Part shown: piece after piece, positions 34,509 to 47,204 of the stretch
How the letters are laid out: the number at the start of each line of letters is the position of its first letter
Numbering within the stretch: position 1 is the stretch's first letter
DNA from: Caecitellus pseudoparvulus
Taxonomy: Eukaryota > Protista > Bigyra: Bicosoecida
DNA length: 64,000 nt
NCBI GenBank assembly: GCA_965644315.1
Contig: CBFFRQ010000078.1
Coordinates: 62,001-126,000 of the forward strand
Reading direction: 5' to 3'
Program-made: the position numbers and the translations under genes
Notes under the pieces: generated by a model
What the model saw: only the letters and a program-made list of their open reading frames with translations
Databases searched by the model: none
What the model was told of the DNA's origin: nothing

Positions 34509-37500
34509 ATGGCAGGCCGCCCGCCCCCGCCACGGCCAGCACCGCGGGGCAGACCACCACCGCCAGGGGTTGCCAACAGCCCCAGCCACTCCGCTGCTCG
34601 CGGTGCACCTCCCAAAGCCACCGTGCCCGGCCGGGGTCGACCGCCCCCACCCGCTGCCAAGCCGACAGCAGGTAGAGGTCAGCCTCGCCCGGCACTGGGA
34701 CGCCTGAGACGCCAGAGCCTCAGTCCACCCCCTGTGAACTCTCCTAGAAACCCACAGGCTAGATTCCTGCCTAAAGGTGCGTGGGTGGAGCCCCAGTCCG
34801 TGCCCTGCCTGCTGTCTCACAAGCTGCAGAGCGAGTCGCAAGCGACACGCACCCCAGAACCACACCGTCCCTTCGTGGCCTCTGAGCAGCAGCCACGCGC
34901 TGCAAGATGTTCTGCATGCCGAATTCCCGGCCATGGGTGTGATTGTGCTTCCTTTCGGCTTGCTGTCTCTGCCTCTTCTGCGGAGGCTGCTGTGTTTGCG
35001 CCAAGGTTGCCCTGGCCTGTGCAAGCCGACTGACTTGCCGCCTCCAAGCGTGCTCTGCCACCGCGCCCGCCTCGCACCGCCGCTTGCTTTGCGCACCATT
35101 GCAGATTCAGTGCCTGAGCTGGCGCCTGCAGCTGACACCGACGGTATGGGAGCAGCGCCAAAGCTACAACCAGCTGTATCACCCACTACATCCTCACTAC
35201 AAGCAAGACCACCACCACCGGGTCGGGGTGCGGCACCACCTGCATCATCGGGTGGCAAGAGCACACCACCACCGGGTCGGGGCGCACCGCCACCGGGTCG
35301 GGGTGCGGCACCACCTGCATCATCGGGTGGCAAGAGCACACCACCACCGGGTCGGGGCGCACCGCCACCGGGTCGGGGTGCGGCACCACCTGCATCATCG
35401 GGTGGCAAGAGCACACCGCCACCGGGTCGGGGCGCACCGCCACCGGGTCGGGGCGCACCACCACCGGGTCGGGGTGCGGCACCACCTGCATCATCGGGTG
35501 GCAAGAGCACACCGCCACCGGGTCGGGGTGCGGCACCACCTGCATCATCGGGTGGCAAGAGCACACCGCCACCGGGTCGGGGCGCACCGCCACCGGGTCG
35601 GGGTGCGGCACCACCTGCATCATCGGGTGGCAAGAGCACACCGCCACCGGGTCGGGGTGCGGCACCACCTGCATCATCGGGTGGCAAGAGCACACCGCCA
35701 CCGGGTCGGGGCGCACCGCCACCGGGTCGGGGCGCACCACCACCGGGTCGGGGTGCGGCACCACCTGCATCATCGGGTGGCAAGAGCACACCACCACCGG
35801 GTCGGGGCGCACCACCACCGGGTCGGGGTGCGGCACCACCTGCATCATCGGGTGGCAAGAGCACACCACCACCGGGTCGGGGCGCACCACCACCGGGTCG
35901 GGGTGCGGCACCACCTGCATCATCGGGTGGCAAGAGCACACCGCCACCGGGTCGGGGCGCACCGCCACCGGGTCGGGGTGCGGCACCACCTGCATCATCG
36001 GGTGGCAAGAGCACACCGCCACCGGGTCGGGGCGCACCGCCACCGGGTCGGGGTGCGGCACCACCTGCATCATCGGGTGGCAAGAGCACACCGCCACCGG
36101 GTCGGGGCGCACCGCCACCGGGTCGGGGTGCGGCACCACCTGCATCATCGGGTGGCAAGAGCACACCGCCACCGGGTCGGGGTGCACCGCCACCGGGTCG
36201 GGGTGCGGCACCACCTGCATCATCGGGTGGCAAGAGCACACCGCCACCGGGTCGGGGCGCACCACCACCGGGTCGGGGTGCGTCACCACCTGCATCATCG
36301 GGTGGCAAGAGCACACCGCCACCGGGTCGGGGCGCACCACCACCGGGTCGGGGTGCGGCACCACCTGCATCATCGGGTGGCAAGAGCACACCGCCACCGG
36401 GTCGGGGCGCACCGCCACCGGGTCGGGGTGCGGCACCACCTGCATCATCGGGTGGCAAGAGCACACCGCCACCGGGTCGGGGCGCACCACCACCGGGTCG
36501 GGGTGCGGCACCACCTGCATCATCGGGTGGCAAGAGCACACCGCCACCGGGTCGGGGCGCACCACCACCGGGTCGGGGCGCACCACCACCGGGTCGGGGT
36601 GCGGCACCACCTGCATCATCGGGTGGCAAGAGCACACCGCCACCGGGTCGGGGTGCGTCACCACCTGCATCATCGGGTGGCAAGAGCACACCGCCACCGG
36701 GTCGGGGCGCACCACCACCGGGTCGGGGTGCGTCACCACCTGCATCATCGGGTGGCAAGAGCACACCGCCACCGGGTCGGGGCGCACCACCACCGGGTCG
36801 GGGTGCGGCACCACCTGCATCATCGGGTGGCAAGAGCACACCGCCACCGGGTCGGGGTGCGGCACCACCTGCATCATCGGGTGGCAAGAGCACACCGCCA
36901 CCGGGTCGGGGCGCACCACCACCGGGTCGGGGTGCGGCACCACCTGCATCATCGGGTGGCAAGAGCACACCGCCACCGGGTCGGGGCGCACCGCCACCGG
37001 GTCGGGGCGCACCACCACCGGGTCGGGGTGCGGCACCACCTGCATCATCGGGTGGCAAGAGCACACCGCCACCGGGTCGGGGCGCACCACCACCGGGTCG
37101 GGGTGCGGCACCACCTGCATCATCGGGTGGCAAGAGCACACCGCCACCGGGTCGGGGCGCACCACCACCGGGTCGGGGTGCGGCACCACCTGCATCATCG
37201 GGTGGCAAGAGCACACCGCCACCGGGTCGGGGCGCACCACCACCGGGTCGGGGTGCGGCACCACCTGCATCATCGGGTGGCAAGAGCACACCGCCACCGG
37301 GTCGGGGCGCACCACCACCGGGTCGGGGTGCGGCACCACCTGCATCATCGGGTGGCAAGAGCACACCGCCACCGGGTCGGGGCGCACCGCCACCGGGTCG
37401 GGGTGCGGCACCACCTGCATCATCGGGTGGCAAGAGCACACCGCCACCGGGTCGGGGCGCACCACCACCGGGTCGGGGTGCGGCACCACCTGCATCATCG

Positions 37501-40212
37501 GGTGGCAAGAGCACACCGCCACCGGGTCGGGGCGCACCACCACCGGGTCGAGGTGCGGCACCACCTGCATCATCGGGTGGCAAGAGCACACCGCCACCGG
37601 GTCGGGGCGCACCGCCACCGGGTCGGGGTGCGGCACCACCTGCATCATCGGGTGGCAAGAGCACACCGCCACCGGGTCGGGGTGCGGCACCACCTGTATC
37701 GTCCACTTCTAAGGCCCCAGGAAGCAAGACCCCCAGTTCTCCAGCACGTCCAGTTGCATCCAAGCCAGTCAGTGGCCCGTCCAGCAGTTTGCCTTCCCCC
37801 CCTAGGTCCGCCGGATTGAAGACGCCACCTCCCAAAGGTCCTCCACGCCCCGCCCAGGCAGAGGCAAGGAGGGCCACATCTCCATCCACTGCTTTTCAGT
37901 CTCCATCTTCTTCAAAGGGTGCAGAGGCTCAATCTCGGGTTCCGCCGTCACCGGCGCAGACCCTGCTTCACCAGAGCAAGGGCTGGGTTTCCCAACTTGA
38001 AAGCGTTCGAGAGACTCTTCGGCGCGTGCTGGGGCTGGGGACCAAGGGCGAAACCACGACAAACCAGCCCCAGCAATCAGGCGCGGGTGTGCACGACAAG
38101 GTCGTGTTGAAGAGCATCACGAAGCACGCGGCACAATTGGAACTGGTGCCCGCCGGCGTGGAGCTGGTGTCAGCTGGGGACAAGCTGGACTTCATGGCGG
38201 GCAGCGACAGCGCGACCGTGCGCACAGCGCTGGGCTTCCTGCAGCTGGTTCTGCGCGACACCTCCCATGCGGGCGAGGCTGGGTTTCTCCTGGATGCTGT
38301 GTCTGCGAAGGTGCTGTTGGAGGCTGTGGAAGCGCTGGACACTGCCATGGCCAGCTTGCTACAGCGCAGGGGCAAGCGTCTGTCCCAGCTGGGCGATGCC
38401 TCAGGCGTGAAGCGGGGCTCCAGCAGCCGCCTGCTGGATGACCGTGAGCGGGACCGGGCCGCAATGGGGGGCGCCTTCGACTCATACTCGCACATCTTTG
38501 ACCAGAGCACACAGGAAGCAGTGCTTGGCTACGTGGCTGCGCAGCCGAAGTTGTTGTCGGCCAAAGAGCGAGTCCGCAAGGCCATTCGACGCTTGGGGCG
38601 TGTGGCGCTGTGGACGCGGGCGCTGAGCATGGGCGCCAAGGTTCGGGCGGAGGAGAGGGCTGAGCACTTGAACACGCTCATGACAAAGGCAGGCAGCTCG
38701 CAGGGCGCGACTGCTCGTGTGTCACGCGGGGCGTTTCGAGGCGGGAGCGGTGTTGTGGAAGCTGAGCTGTGGCCAGGGGGTTCGCCCGAAGCGGCAGCTG
38801 TGAAGGGCCTGGGCTCGTGGACGTTTGACATCTTCCAGCGCAACGCAGCGCTGTCCAGTGCATTCGGCGAGGTGCCTACGGGCGAGCACGTCATTCCGAC
38901 GGGGACCAAGAACAAAGACGGGACCGTGGAGTTCTTTTCAGCTGACGGGCCTCAATTCGGCCGGCGCATGCTGGTGTCTGTGATGGTGACGGCTTTGCAC
39001 CGCCTGGGTGTGTTTGCAGACACCAAGGTGCAGCGGGGCACAGTGGCGGCATTCGCTGACCAACTTGCAGGGGGGTACAAGGCTGCGAATCCGTACCACA
39101 ACGCGCTGCATGCAGCGGATGTGACGCACGGCATGTATTTCTTCCTGTGCCCAGAGGGCGGGGGCCTGGCAGCAGGGGCACGCCTGCGACCACAGGCCTT
39201 GCTGGGGTGCATTCTGGCTGCTGCCGGGCATGACGTCGGGCACCCAGGCGTGAACAACCCCTTCCTCATTGCCACGTCGGACCCTCTGGCTCTTCGTTAC
39301 AACGACGCGTCGCCCCTGGAAAACATGCACGCTGCGACGCTGTTTGAGGTGATGAAGGAAGGCACTGGCTGCGACGTGTTGGCGCCCCTGCACACGCCCG
39401 AGCGCCTGGCAGTTCGCTCCATGATCATCAAGCTCATCCTCGCCACGGATAATTCGCAGCACTTCAAGTTGAAGGGGCAGCTGGACAAGCGCGTGGAAGG
39501 CATTGAGCGCTTCGTGGAGGTGTTTGGCGTGCCGGGCTCCGCAACGTGGTTGGAGCGGCGCAAGTCTGGGCGCGACGCCTCGGGGGCTGCGCTGCCACAC
39601 CTTGAAGACATGGAGTTTTCACCAATTGAATGGAACTCCCTTCCCAAGGAAGTCATGGAGGCATCTTGCAAGACTGCGGAGCAGGTGCTGTCGAGTGGTG
39701 AGGGTGGGTCTGGCACCGGCGCCGGGGAGGCTGGCAGTGGGGTCAGTTGGGGGGGATACAAGCCTCAGGGGGATGGGTATGGGGCATCTGCGGATGACCC
39801 GCTTGGTTTGGACGCCGACGATGGCCGTCATGATCTAGAGTGGCATTTCACGGCCAGCGAGGACCTGGTGCTGGTGATGAGCAACGTCTTGCACGCGGCG
39901 GACATTTCGAACCCAGCACGCCCGTGGCACTTGTACAGCGACTGGACTGACCGTGTTCTGGAGGAGTTCTACCGCCAAGGAGCTCTTGAAGTGCAGCAGG
40001 ACTTGCCAGTGGGCCCGCTGAACCACCGCAATTCCCCGGTTCCCCGCTGCAAGATGCAGGCCGGCTTCATTCGAGCCCTGGTGCTGCCCCTGTACACTTT
40101 GATTGCGCGCCTGCCAGAGATGGACATCAAGGACTCCGCCTGTGCGCAGTTGGACAGTAACATGGGGCGTTGGGAGGCCGAAATTGCCAGCTTGGCAGCT
40201 GCAGAGAAGTGA
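34509..40212 (+). CDS. Class I 3',5'-cyclic-nucleotide phosphodiesterase with a very long Pro/Gly/Arg-rich N-terminal repeat
   Basis: Exon 1 MAGRPPPPRPAP (34509-34776), intron 34777-35104. Catalytic motifs WTFDIF, YHNALHAADVTH, HDVGHPGVNN, LENMH, ILATD, HAADISNP, EEFYRQG and MQAGFI. Confidence 0.9.
35209..37697 (+). repeat. Coding minisatellite built from a 54-nt module (PPPGRGAAPPASSGGKST) and a 21-nt module (PPPGRGA)
   Basis: About 33 copies of the long module (hand count) separated by 0, 1 or 2 short modules. Copies are nearly identical at nucleotide level and there are no unique spacers. Confidence 0.98.
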
Positions 40213-40473
40213 GTGTGAGGGCTCGGGTGGTGTGGGGGGGTCAACTTGGCCAACCCCTCCGGGCCAATTGGCATGGGTTCGGTTTATTTTCCAAATAGAT
40301 GTTGGTGACGAGAATGCACGTGAGGTTGTGAAGTCCATGCCGTCAGTAGTGCAGGGACAGGGGCGCCTGGCACGCACTTGCGCCTGAGAGCCGGGCACGG
40401 TCGCAGGCGTGGTCGCTCGCTTCGATTGCTGGGTGTTGTGGGCGGACCCTCTGGACAAGGCGTGCTCCTCTCC

Positions 40474-42046
40474 ATGGCAGCTGGCAACTCGATCAAACTG
40501 AAGGTATGGCTCCCTGTGCGCCGGCAGGCCCTGTCTGTGTCGCTGTCTCACGCTGCTCTGCACCGCAAACGCAGACCTGCGATGGGCAGGTGGTTGCCGT
40601 GGGGCGTGAGGGTCTTCCAGGCAGCCGTCAAGGGACTTTTTGGGCCATGGAGTGTAAGAGATGCACCAAATGGGGTCCCCTCGTGCACGTTGGCCACCCG
40701 CAGCTGCCTGTGCCTGCCACAGGCCTGAGCACTTGGACTGGCGACACCACGCCTGTTGAAGCCACAGCGCAGGACATTCTTGCAGCGTTTGAATTACAGA
40801 AGTCTCTGCAAGGGGCAGGAGAAAGAGAGACATGGGCAGCTACGTGCCGAAACCGAGCCGCGTGCATGGGAAGCCTCCGCGGTAGTGGGCAGGACCGACT
40901 GCGCGGCATGGCGGAGGTGAGGAAACGCAGATGTGAAACGCCGGCTGACTACAGCCGAATGCGGCCTGATAAACCCCGCCGGCACCCTTATCTTTCCAGA
41001 TTGCGGCAATTTTGGACTGGAAAGATGTGACCTCTCTTCTCTTTGCGTGCTCTGTCACTGAGCGCTTCGCAGCTTCCCAGCTGCAGGGTGAGGGCACTGC
41101 TGGCACAGACACAGAGGTTTCAGTGGCTGCATCCCAACGGGGGGGCAGCAAGACAGGCACGGAGGGTGGTGGGACCACGGGCAGTACGACTTCCTCTGGA
41201 GGAGGTGTGGGTGACTCGGCAGGGAGTGGCCTGCCGCTCCGGGCCAAACTGCCGGTGAGACACACTGCCCCGCCACTCGACACGACCACCCACCCGGCCC
41301 TGGAGGGCGTACCCCTGGTCCCCCCTGAGGAGCCACCCGCTGCGCCGAGCCCCGCTGGCCCCACAGACGGCAGTGCCGAGGACTTGGACCGGGCCGGCCT
41401 GTTGCACGCCTTTCCCTCTCACAGCTCCGATGTTTCAGGGTTGCTTGCTGCCAGTGCACTGGGAGCCAGCCCACCCTCCCCCACCGCAGCCTCTGACGCG
41501 CACCCCGCCCAGGACCAGTTGCTCGATGCCATCCGCAGCGCCGTGGAGCGGTCAGGCGAGCACTGGCGTGGCATCGGGGATGCTACCCTCCGGTCCATCG
41601 CCTCAGCTGTGGAGGGTGGCGGGGCAGTGGCTGAACAGCAGTCTGCTCCTCTGTCACCCGACAGCCTGCGACGCATGCTGGCACCGCTGCACCTGCCTGG
41701 AGGCCTAGTGGACGACAGCGGCGGGGGCGAACCTGCAGGGGAGGACGCATCGGCGGGAGCCAGGCCGTCCGAGTCGGCCAGCGTGGGCGAAAGTGCAGGG
41801 AGCACGTCAGAGTTCCACTTGCGGGGTGCTGAGTTGCGCGCAGCACTCGCGGAGGGTCGGGTGAGCCTGTCTGATGCAGCGGTGGAGGCTTTGTTTCACC
41901 CAAGCAGGTACAGCGAGGAAGCAGGTGCTGAGGGCGAGTTTGGGGACACGTCCGTGTTCGGCAGTGGTTTCCTGAGGACGTGGGGGTCAGCGCAAGCCGT
42001 GGAGACGGCAGGGGACAAGAAGCCTGCTGAGGGGGGCGGCAAGTAA
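40474..42046 (+). CDS. Hypothetical protein with possible divergent SKP1/BTB-like N-terminus and low-complexity tail (3 introns)
   Basis: Phase-consistent introns 40504-40574, 40654-40722 and 40917-40999 give MAAGNSIKLKTCDGQVVAV..RLRGMAEIAAILDWKDVTSLLFAC, which continues into ORF 41012-42046. Confidence 0.55.
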
Positions 42047-42154
42047 CGCCACTTCTCAGTCGGGGCGTCCACAACAAAATACATCTGAACCTGCCAAGTC
42101 TGTCGTCCGTGCGTGGATGAGACAGAGGTGGGTGCGTGAGCTGGGTGAAGCAGC

Positions 42155-43186
42155 ATGGCCTCCATGGCGGCAGGTGGCCCAGGGCCAGAGGGAGACGCGC
42201 TTGCGGAGAGCGCGGTGCAGGTACGGCGCCGGCGGAACGATGCCATGGCAGGTGGTGCCTGCTCCACGCATGCATGTCATGTGTCACAGGACTTTATTTA
42301 TATCCTGGAGACCCACGCCACGAACTGCGAAGCTCAGGGCAAGTATGTGGAGGCGGAAATTGCTCGCAATCGGCTGGACGAGCTGAAGCTGCACGAGATG
42401 AACCGGAAGAAGGAGGCCATGAGGGCACGGCACATCGCAGAGCGGTTGGGAGTTGAAGAAGCCCACATGCTGGAGTTCCAACAGTTCAACTTGGTGTGGG
42501 ACAAGAAGATGGCGGCGTATGAGGAGAACGCCGCGGAGCTCGTGATGGAGATGAAGGAGCGGCACGCCGCGGAGCTGAAGGACTTCCAGCAGCGGCTGCT
42601 GGCCAAGGCGTCCATCCCTCGCCACAGCAAAGAGCTCCTGAATCTCCGAAAAGTGCAGGATACCCTGGCACGCAACAAGCGGTGCGTGCAGTGGTGCTGC
42701 AGCCTTGCGTAGTGCCGGCGCAATGAGTCATTGCGGGTTTTGGCGTGCTTTGTCCACGCACCGCGCCAGGGCCTAGGCACGACACAGGCTCTGTGCGTGA
42801 GCGTTCGAGGCAAAGGCTCACTAAGCGCACATGTACCACCTTGCAGGTATCAAGAGGCGGCCCAGATGAAGAACAAGGCAGACGAGCTGATGACGTGGGA
42901 GGAGGAGAAGTGGCACAACGAGCGACAGGCGGACATGTACCAAAAGGAAATGCGGTTCAAGAAGCGGCTGAAAGTTGAGCTAATTGCGCTGAAGAAGCGC
43001 ATTCAGCTGGGTAAGGCCGAGATGAAGCGGCAGCGCCAGAGGGAGCTGGAGCAACTGCTACAGCGATACCAAAACGTCAAGCGAGAGCTGGACCGAACTC
43101 AGAGGCTGCAGCGAGTGAAGTATGACAAGGCTTCCAAGGTTCAAGTGGCTGGCTTGAAAGCTGCTAAGGCGCGGAGAGCGGGGTGA
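42155..43186 (+). CDS. Coiled-coil protein, probably cilium/flagellum-associated (2 introns)
   Basis: Introns 42221-42289 and 42682-42846. E/K/R-rich helical sequence DFIYILETHATNCEAQGKYVEAEIARNRLDEL..ERLGVEEAHMLEFQQFNLVWDKKM..LLQRYQNVK. The flagellar association is recalled and not verified. Confidence 0.7.
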
Positions 43187-43579
43187 GGGCTGCCGCCTTG
43201 TACAGCGCCCGTGCAGGAGCTTGACCCAGCACCCGCGGCGACTTGGTGCGACACGGGAGTGAGCCTGTTCAGCAGGCACAGGGATGCACCGCTCGGCTGT
43301 GGAGCATGTGGCCTGTGTACTTTGTGCCAGGGGAAGGGGGGGGGTGCCCGGCTTCTGGGGGCGCCTGATGGTTGAGCGGCGCCAGCGCAGGCAGGCGGTC
43401 CCACTCGGCAGCAGTCGAGCCGCCGTCTCATAATGTAGCTATTGTATCGATCGCCCCTTCTCATGCTTGCGTGAAATCTACTCATCTACACTGTGCAGGG
43501 CTGGGCAGTGCATGGAGCAGAGCGGGACGAGCTCAATTTACTTCTCAGCACACGTTTCGGGTGGCAACGCAGCGGCACC

Positions 43580-46068
43580 ATGGCATGGAGCAAAGTGCAG
43601 GTGAATGGCATGCCAGGCGAGCGCGAGTGCCATGGATGGACAGTGGCAGGAACAAAGGCGTGGCTGAGCTTCGGGAACAACCGCGAGCGGCGGTACAAGG
43701 ACTTGCACGCATGGGACGAAGGTGCGGAAGAAGGAGCAGCTCTAGCTTCCTGCCTGCTCCCTGTACACGCCGCCACCTGCATTCGACCGCCACACAGAGA
43801 GCTTGACTTGGAACGAGGTGCCTGTTTCCAAGTCCGGGGATGCAGCACTGGCTTGGCCCAGCAGTCGGTCTGCGGCATCTCAGTGCTTGTGGGTGCGTGT
43901 TTGCGCAGCGGGCGAAGCGGTGACTTGTAACCATGCGGGGCTGGCAAGGCACACCCCCTCTGCCTTGCGGGCGCAGCGAGACAGGTTCCTTGTAGTCTTC
44001 GGGGGATGGGATGGTGGGGGCGAGCAGAACGACACTTGGGTATTCGATACAGGTGCTGTGCAGCGTCGGTGCAGCCGCTGAGCGTGCTGGCCAAGCGTGT
44101 CACTCAGCGGCGCCTGCCATTTTGCAGAGGAGCTGCACTGGAGCAAGTTGGAGACGAACGGAGAACAGTGTGATGCAAGGCACTTTCATGTTGCTGAGAT
44201 CGTCAAGGACACCATGGTCGTGTTCTCAGGCTATGACGGCCAAGCTTGGCGCTCAGACTTGTGGACGTTGGACCTGCGTGCGTGAGCCGCCACTGGGTGC
44301 ATGGGAACGCAACACAAGGCCAAACACGATGATGCAACTTCAATCACCATTCGCAGTGTCAGGGACGTGGACGCATCATCGGCGCAGCGTTGGCGGGCAA
44401 GAACCCTGGCCGTCAGCCCGCGCCTCTGCTGCCAGTATCATCGTGCAAGGCTCCACACTCATGCTCCTGGGTGGATACAATGGCCAGGCGTTTCTAAACG
44501 ACTTGTGGTTCTTGGATGTTGCTGCCCTGACGTCGACGGTCTCTCCCCAAGTCGAGTGGGTGCAGCACACGCCCCCTCCGCGGGTCGTGGGCGGTGCCGC
44601 CTCGCCCAGCGCAGCAGGAGGGGAGTCCGCCGCCTCTCTCCAAGAACAAGCGTCTTGGCCACTGCCCCGTTCAGGGCACTGCATGGGGGCGCTCGGTCCG
44701 TACGTCATTGTCGTGGGCGGCCGCCACGCGGAGGGCCGGTACAACGACGTGTGCGTGCTTGACCTTGACTCGATGGTGTGGCGCAAGGTAGAGGTGCAGG
44801 GGCAGCCGCCTTCTGGCCGCAAGACCCACTCTGCAGTGATCCTGGGCTCCGTCATGTACGTGTTTGGGGGGCACAACGGCGACCGCTGGCTGGGAGACAT
44901 GCACCGCCTGGCGCTGCAGCCCATCCTGCAGCAGCTCCGCGTGCCACTGAGCATCGGGGCTCGCACAGAGACTCTTGCGGGCGCATTGCTGCGACGGTGC
45001 ACCGCTCCCCACCTTCGAAGTGACGCCCCGGAGTGCTTGAGCAACGCTCGGGGTGGGGTCTCCTCCCTTGCCCTGCCGGGCGTGCTGGCGCAGTTGCCAC
45101 ATGCTACAACAGGCCAGTCCAACACATCAACGGCAGCAGCTGTGCAACGCCTTCAGAAGGAACTGGGGCTGCTGGCACAGTACAACTTAGACACCTGCCC
45201 TAGCACGCTTGCCCACATTTCTGAGCGTCTGGAGGCTTCCCTGGCGACATTCAGAGGGACGGAGATGCGTGCTGGCGACTTGCATTTCCTCGACCCAGGG
45301 TACTGGGCACGCCCCGACACGGCGGCGGCCGCCTCTGCATTCTCCAGCTCCCAGGAAGCCCTGGGCAACGCAGGGGTGCACCATTCGGGGGCAGCAGAGT
45401 TGGGCAGCCTCGGCTCGCCGGTGCAGTGTCAACTGAGCGCAAGAGCAGACAGCCGCTCCACTGCAGACACCATCCTGCTGGTGTGTGGGCAGCGGTTCCC
45501 CGTGCATGCAGCTGTCATCTCTGCACGGTGCACGTACTTCGACGTGCTGCTCAAGTCGCCCATGTGCCGAGCCGCGGTGGGGCAGAGCACTTCGCAGCCC
45601 CGGGAAGTGGAAGTGCACGGGGTGGAGGACGTCTTCGCCTTCGCAGCGATGCTGTTCTTCTTGTACACTGATCAGCTGCCGCTGGGCCTCGGCGACGACA
45701 ACGTCCAAGCTCTCTTCCACGTGTCGAACAAGTTCCAGGTGCCGACCTTGCTGCGGCACTGCGAGCGGTTCCTCGAAGCCCGCATCACCGTGGACAACGC
45801 TGCGAGCATGCTGGAGATGGCAGACACCGTGGGGGCATCCAGTTTGGCTGCAGCTTGCACCGCCTTCAGCACGGAGCCGTGGCGGTTCCCGGAGGTGGCC
45901 GCAAGCAGTGGTTTTCTGGCGTTGTCCAGCGACCTGCAGGTGCGCATCGTGCAGGGGCACGCTCGAAAGCGCAACCCCACTTGTGTCTTGCCCCTTGTCA
46001 GCGAAAAGGTGACCCTGCCAGTTGTGGTGCCGGGGGGCGCTAGCGTGACGAGCCGCCCCGCGCAGTGA
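43580..46068 (+). CDS. Kelch-repeat plus C-terminal BTB/POZ protein with LZTR1-like architecture (4 introns)
   Basis: Introns 43722-43797, 43893-43976, 44053-44127 and 44278-44356. Six Kelch blades (e.g. VVFGGWDG, LLGGYNG, YVFGGHNG), then BTB ADTILLVCGQRFPVHAAVISARCTYF..FLYTDQL..LLRHCE. Confidence 0.85.
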
Positions 46069-46073
46069 GGCGG

Positions 46074-46953
46074 TCACGAGCGCAGGAGCTTCTGCATCTT
46101 TGCGCGCTGGACAACGTCCTCGTCGAACTTGATGACGAACACTGTGCGCTGCCCCGAGATGTGCGAGCCCCCTTCCACGGTGTGAGCTGCCACTTCAGCG
46201 GGCTGCAGGAGGCAGCACGGTGACAGGCGTGCTTCTGCGCGAGTGTGCGGCAGCGCTGCGCGGGAGCGGGCACTCACGAAGGCCATGGCGTCCAGCATGC
46301 CCCGTATGATGCCCGCGACGAAGGCGCCGCAATTCAAACCGCCATGGTCTGCCGGCACGGAGATGGCCCTGTTCGTGAGGGGGTCATCGTCGTACAGCAT
46401 GACTGCGCCAGGGGGGGGAGCAGGGCCGCAGGGGTGGAAGGTGCTCCGCAGGCAACACGCCACAGCAGCACTTGCACTGGTTATCATGCTCCGTGCTGGC
46501 TTGCAGGCCATCTGCAGGCCGGTCGAAGAGCTGAGGCCAGGCAGTGTCGGACAGGAATTGCAGCACCTTGGTCATGTCCACCTCGCGTTTCTTGGGGCGG
46601 GTGCGGAGCCAAATTGGCTCAAGCACGCGCTGCCCAACGTCATGACCGAGACACTCCAGTCTGCAAATATGGCAAGGGCGCGCGTAAGGGTGTGTGCGGC
46701 TTGGCCATGTGCCGGGCGTGGTGGCCCCAATTCCGCAGGTCCACACGCACTTGCGCTCCAGGTCGTCGAGAGATTCGATGGAGTTCTGAAAGTACGCCAC
46801 GACCTCACAGAACAGTGCCGCAAAGGTGGCGGCCGGCACGCGTCCTCTGCCATCACCCAAGGGTGCCGCTGTGAGGGCATCTCCTGCCACCCTGTCACTG
46901 GCCGTGATGACAGCGTCGGCGCCGGAGCCAGAGCTGGCTGGCAGAGCTGCCAT
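46074..46953 (-). CDS. TRAPPC5: TRAPP complex subunit 5 (Trs31) (3 introns, one probably GC-AG)
   Basis: Introns 46661-46750, 46403-46475 and 46203-46277. Motifs FAALFCEVVAY, LGHDVGQRVLE, LQFLSDTAWPQLF, LNCGAFVAGIIRGML and TVFVIKFDEDV. Confidence 0.92.
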
Positions 46954-47204
46954 GGGGAAGTTGTGGGTGAGCGCGAAGCTAGGCAGGCTTCCTTGTGCCG
47001 TCGCGAGAACTCTCGCGCCTCATGTTGAGTGGTGTTGTGTTTGCCTGGGGCGGACAAGGGTGGCCATCCGCCCAGGCAGGCCAAGTGCAGTGCACTTGGG
47101 CCGTCAAGATCCTCCCCGTGGCATATTTCCAACCACACAGTTCCCCGGCACAACTCCTTGTTGTGCACCTGTTGTGGCTGTAGCCCTCAAAAGGAGCTGC
47201 CGCC

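Noticed and set aside
35209-37697. Array as a CRISPR locus, or as the 958-aa His/Arg-rich, 1167-aa and 835-aa alternative-frame proteins
   Set aside because: There are no unique spacers and no cas genes. The module lengths are multiples of 3 and nearly stop-free, so several frames stay open automatically. Only the PPPGRG frame joins a real domain.
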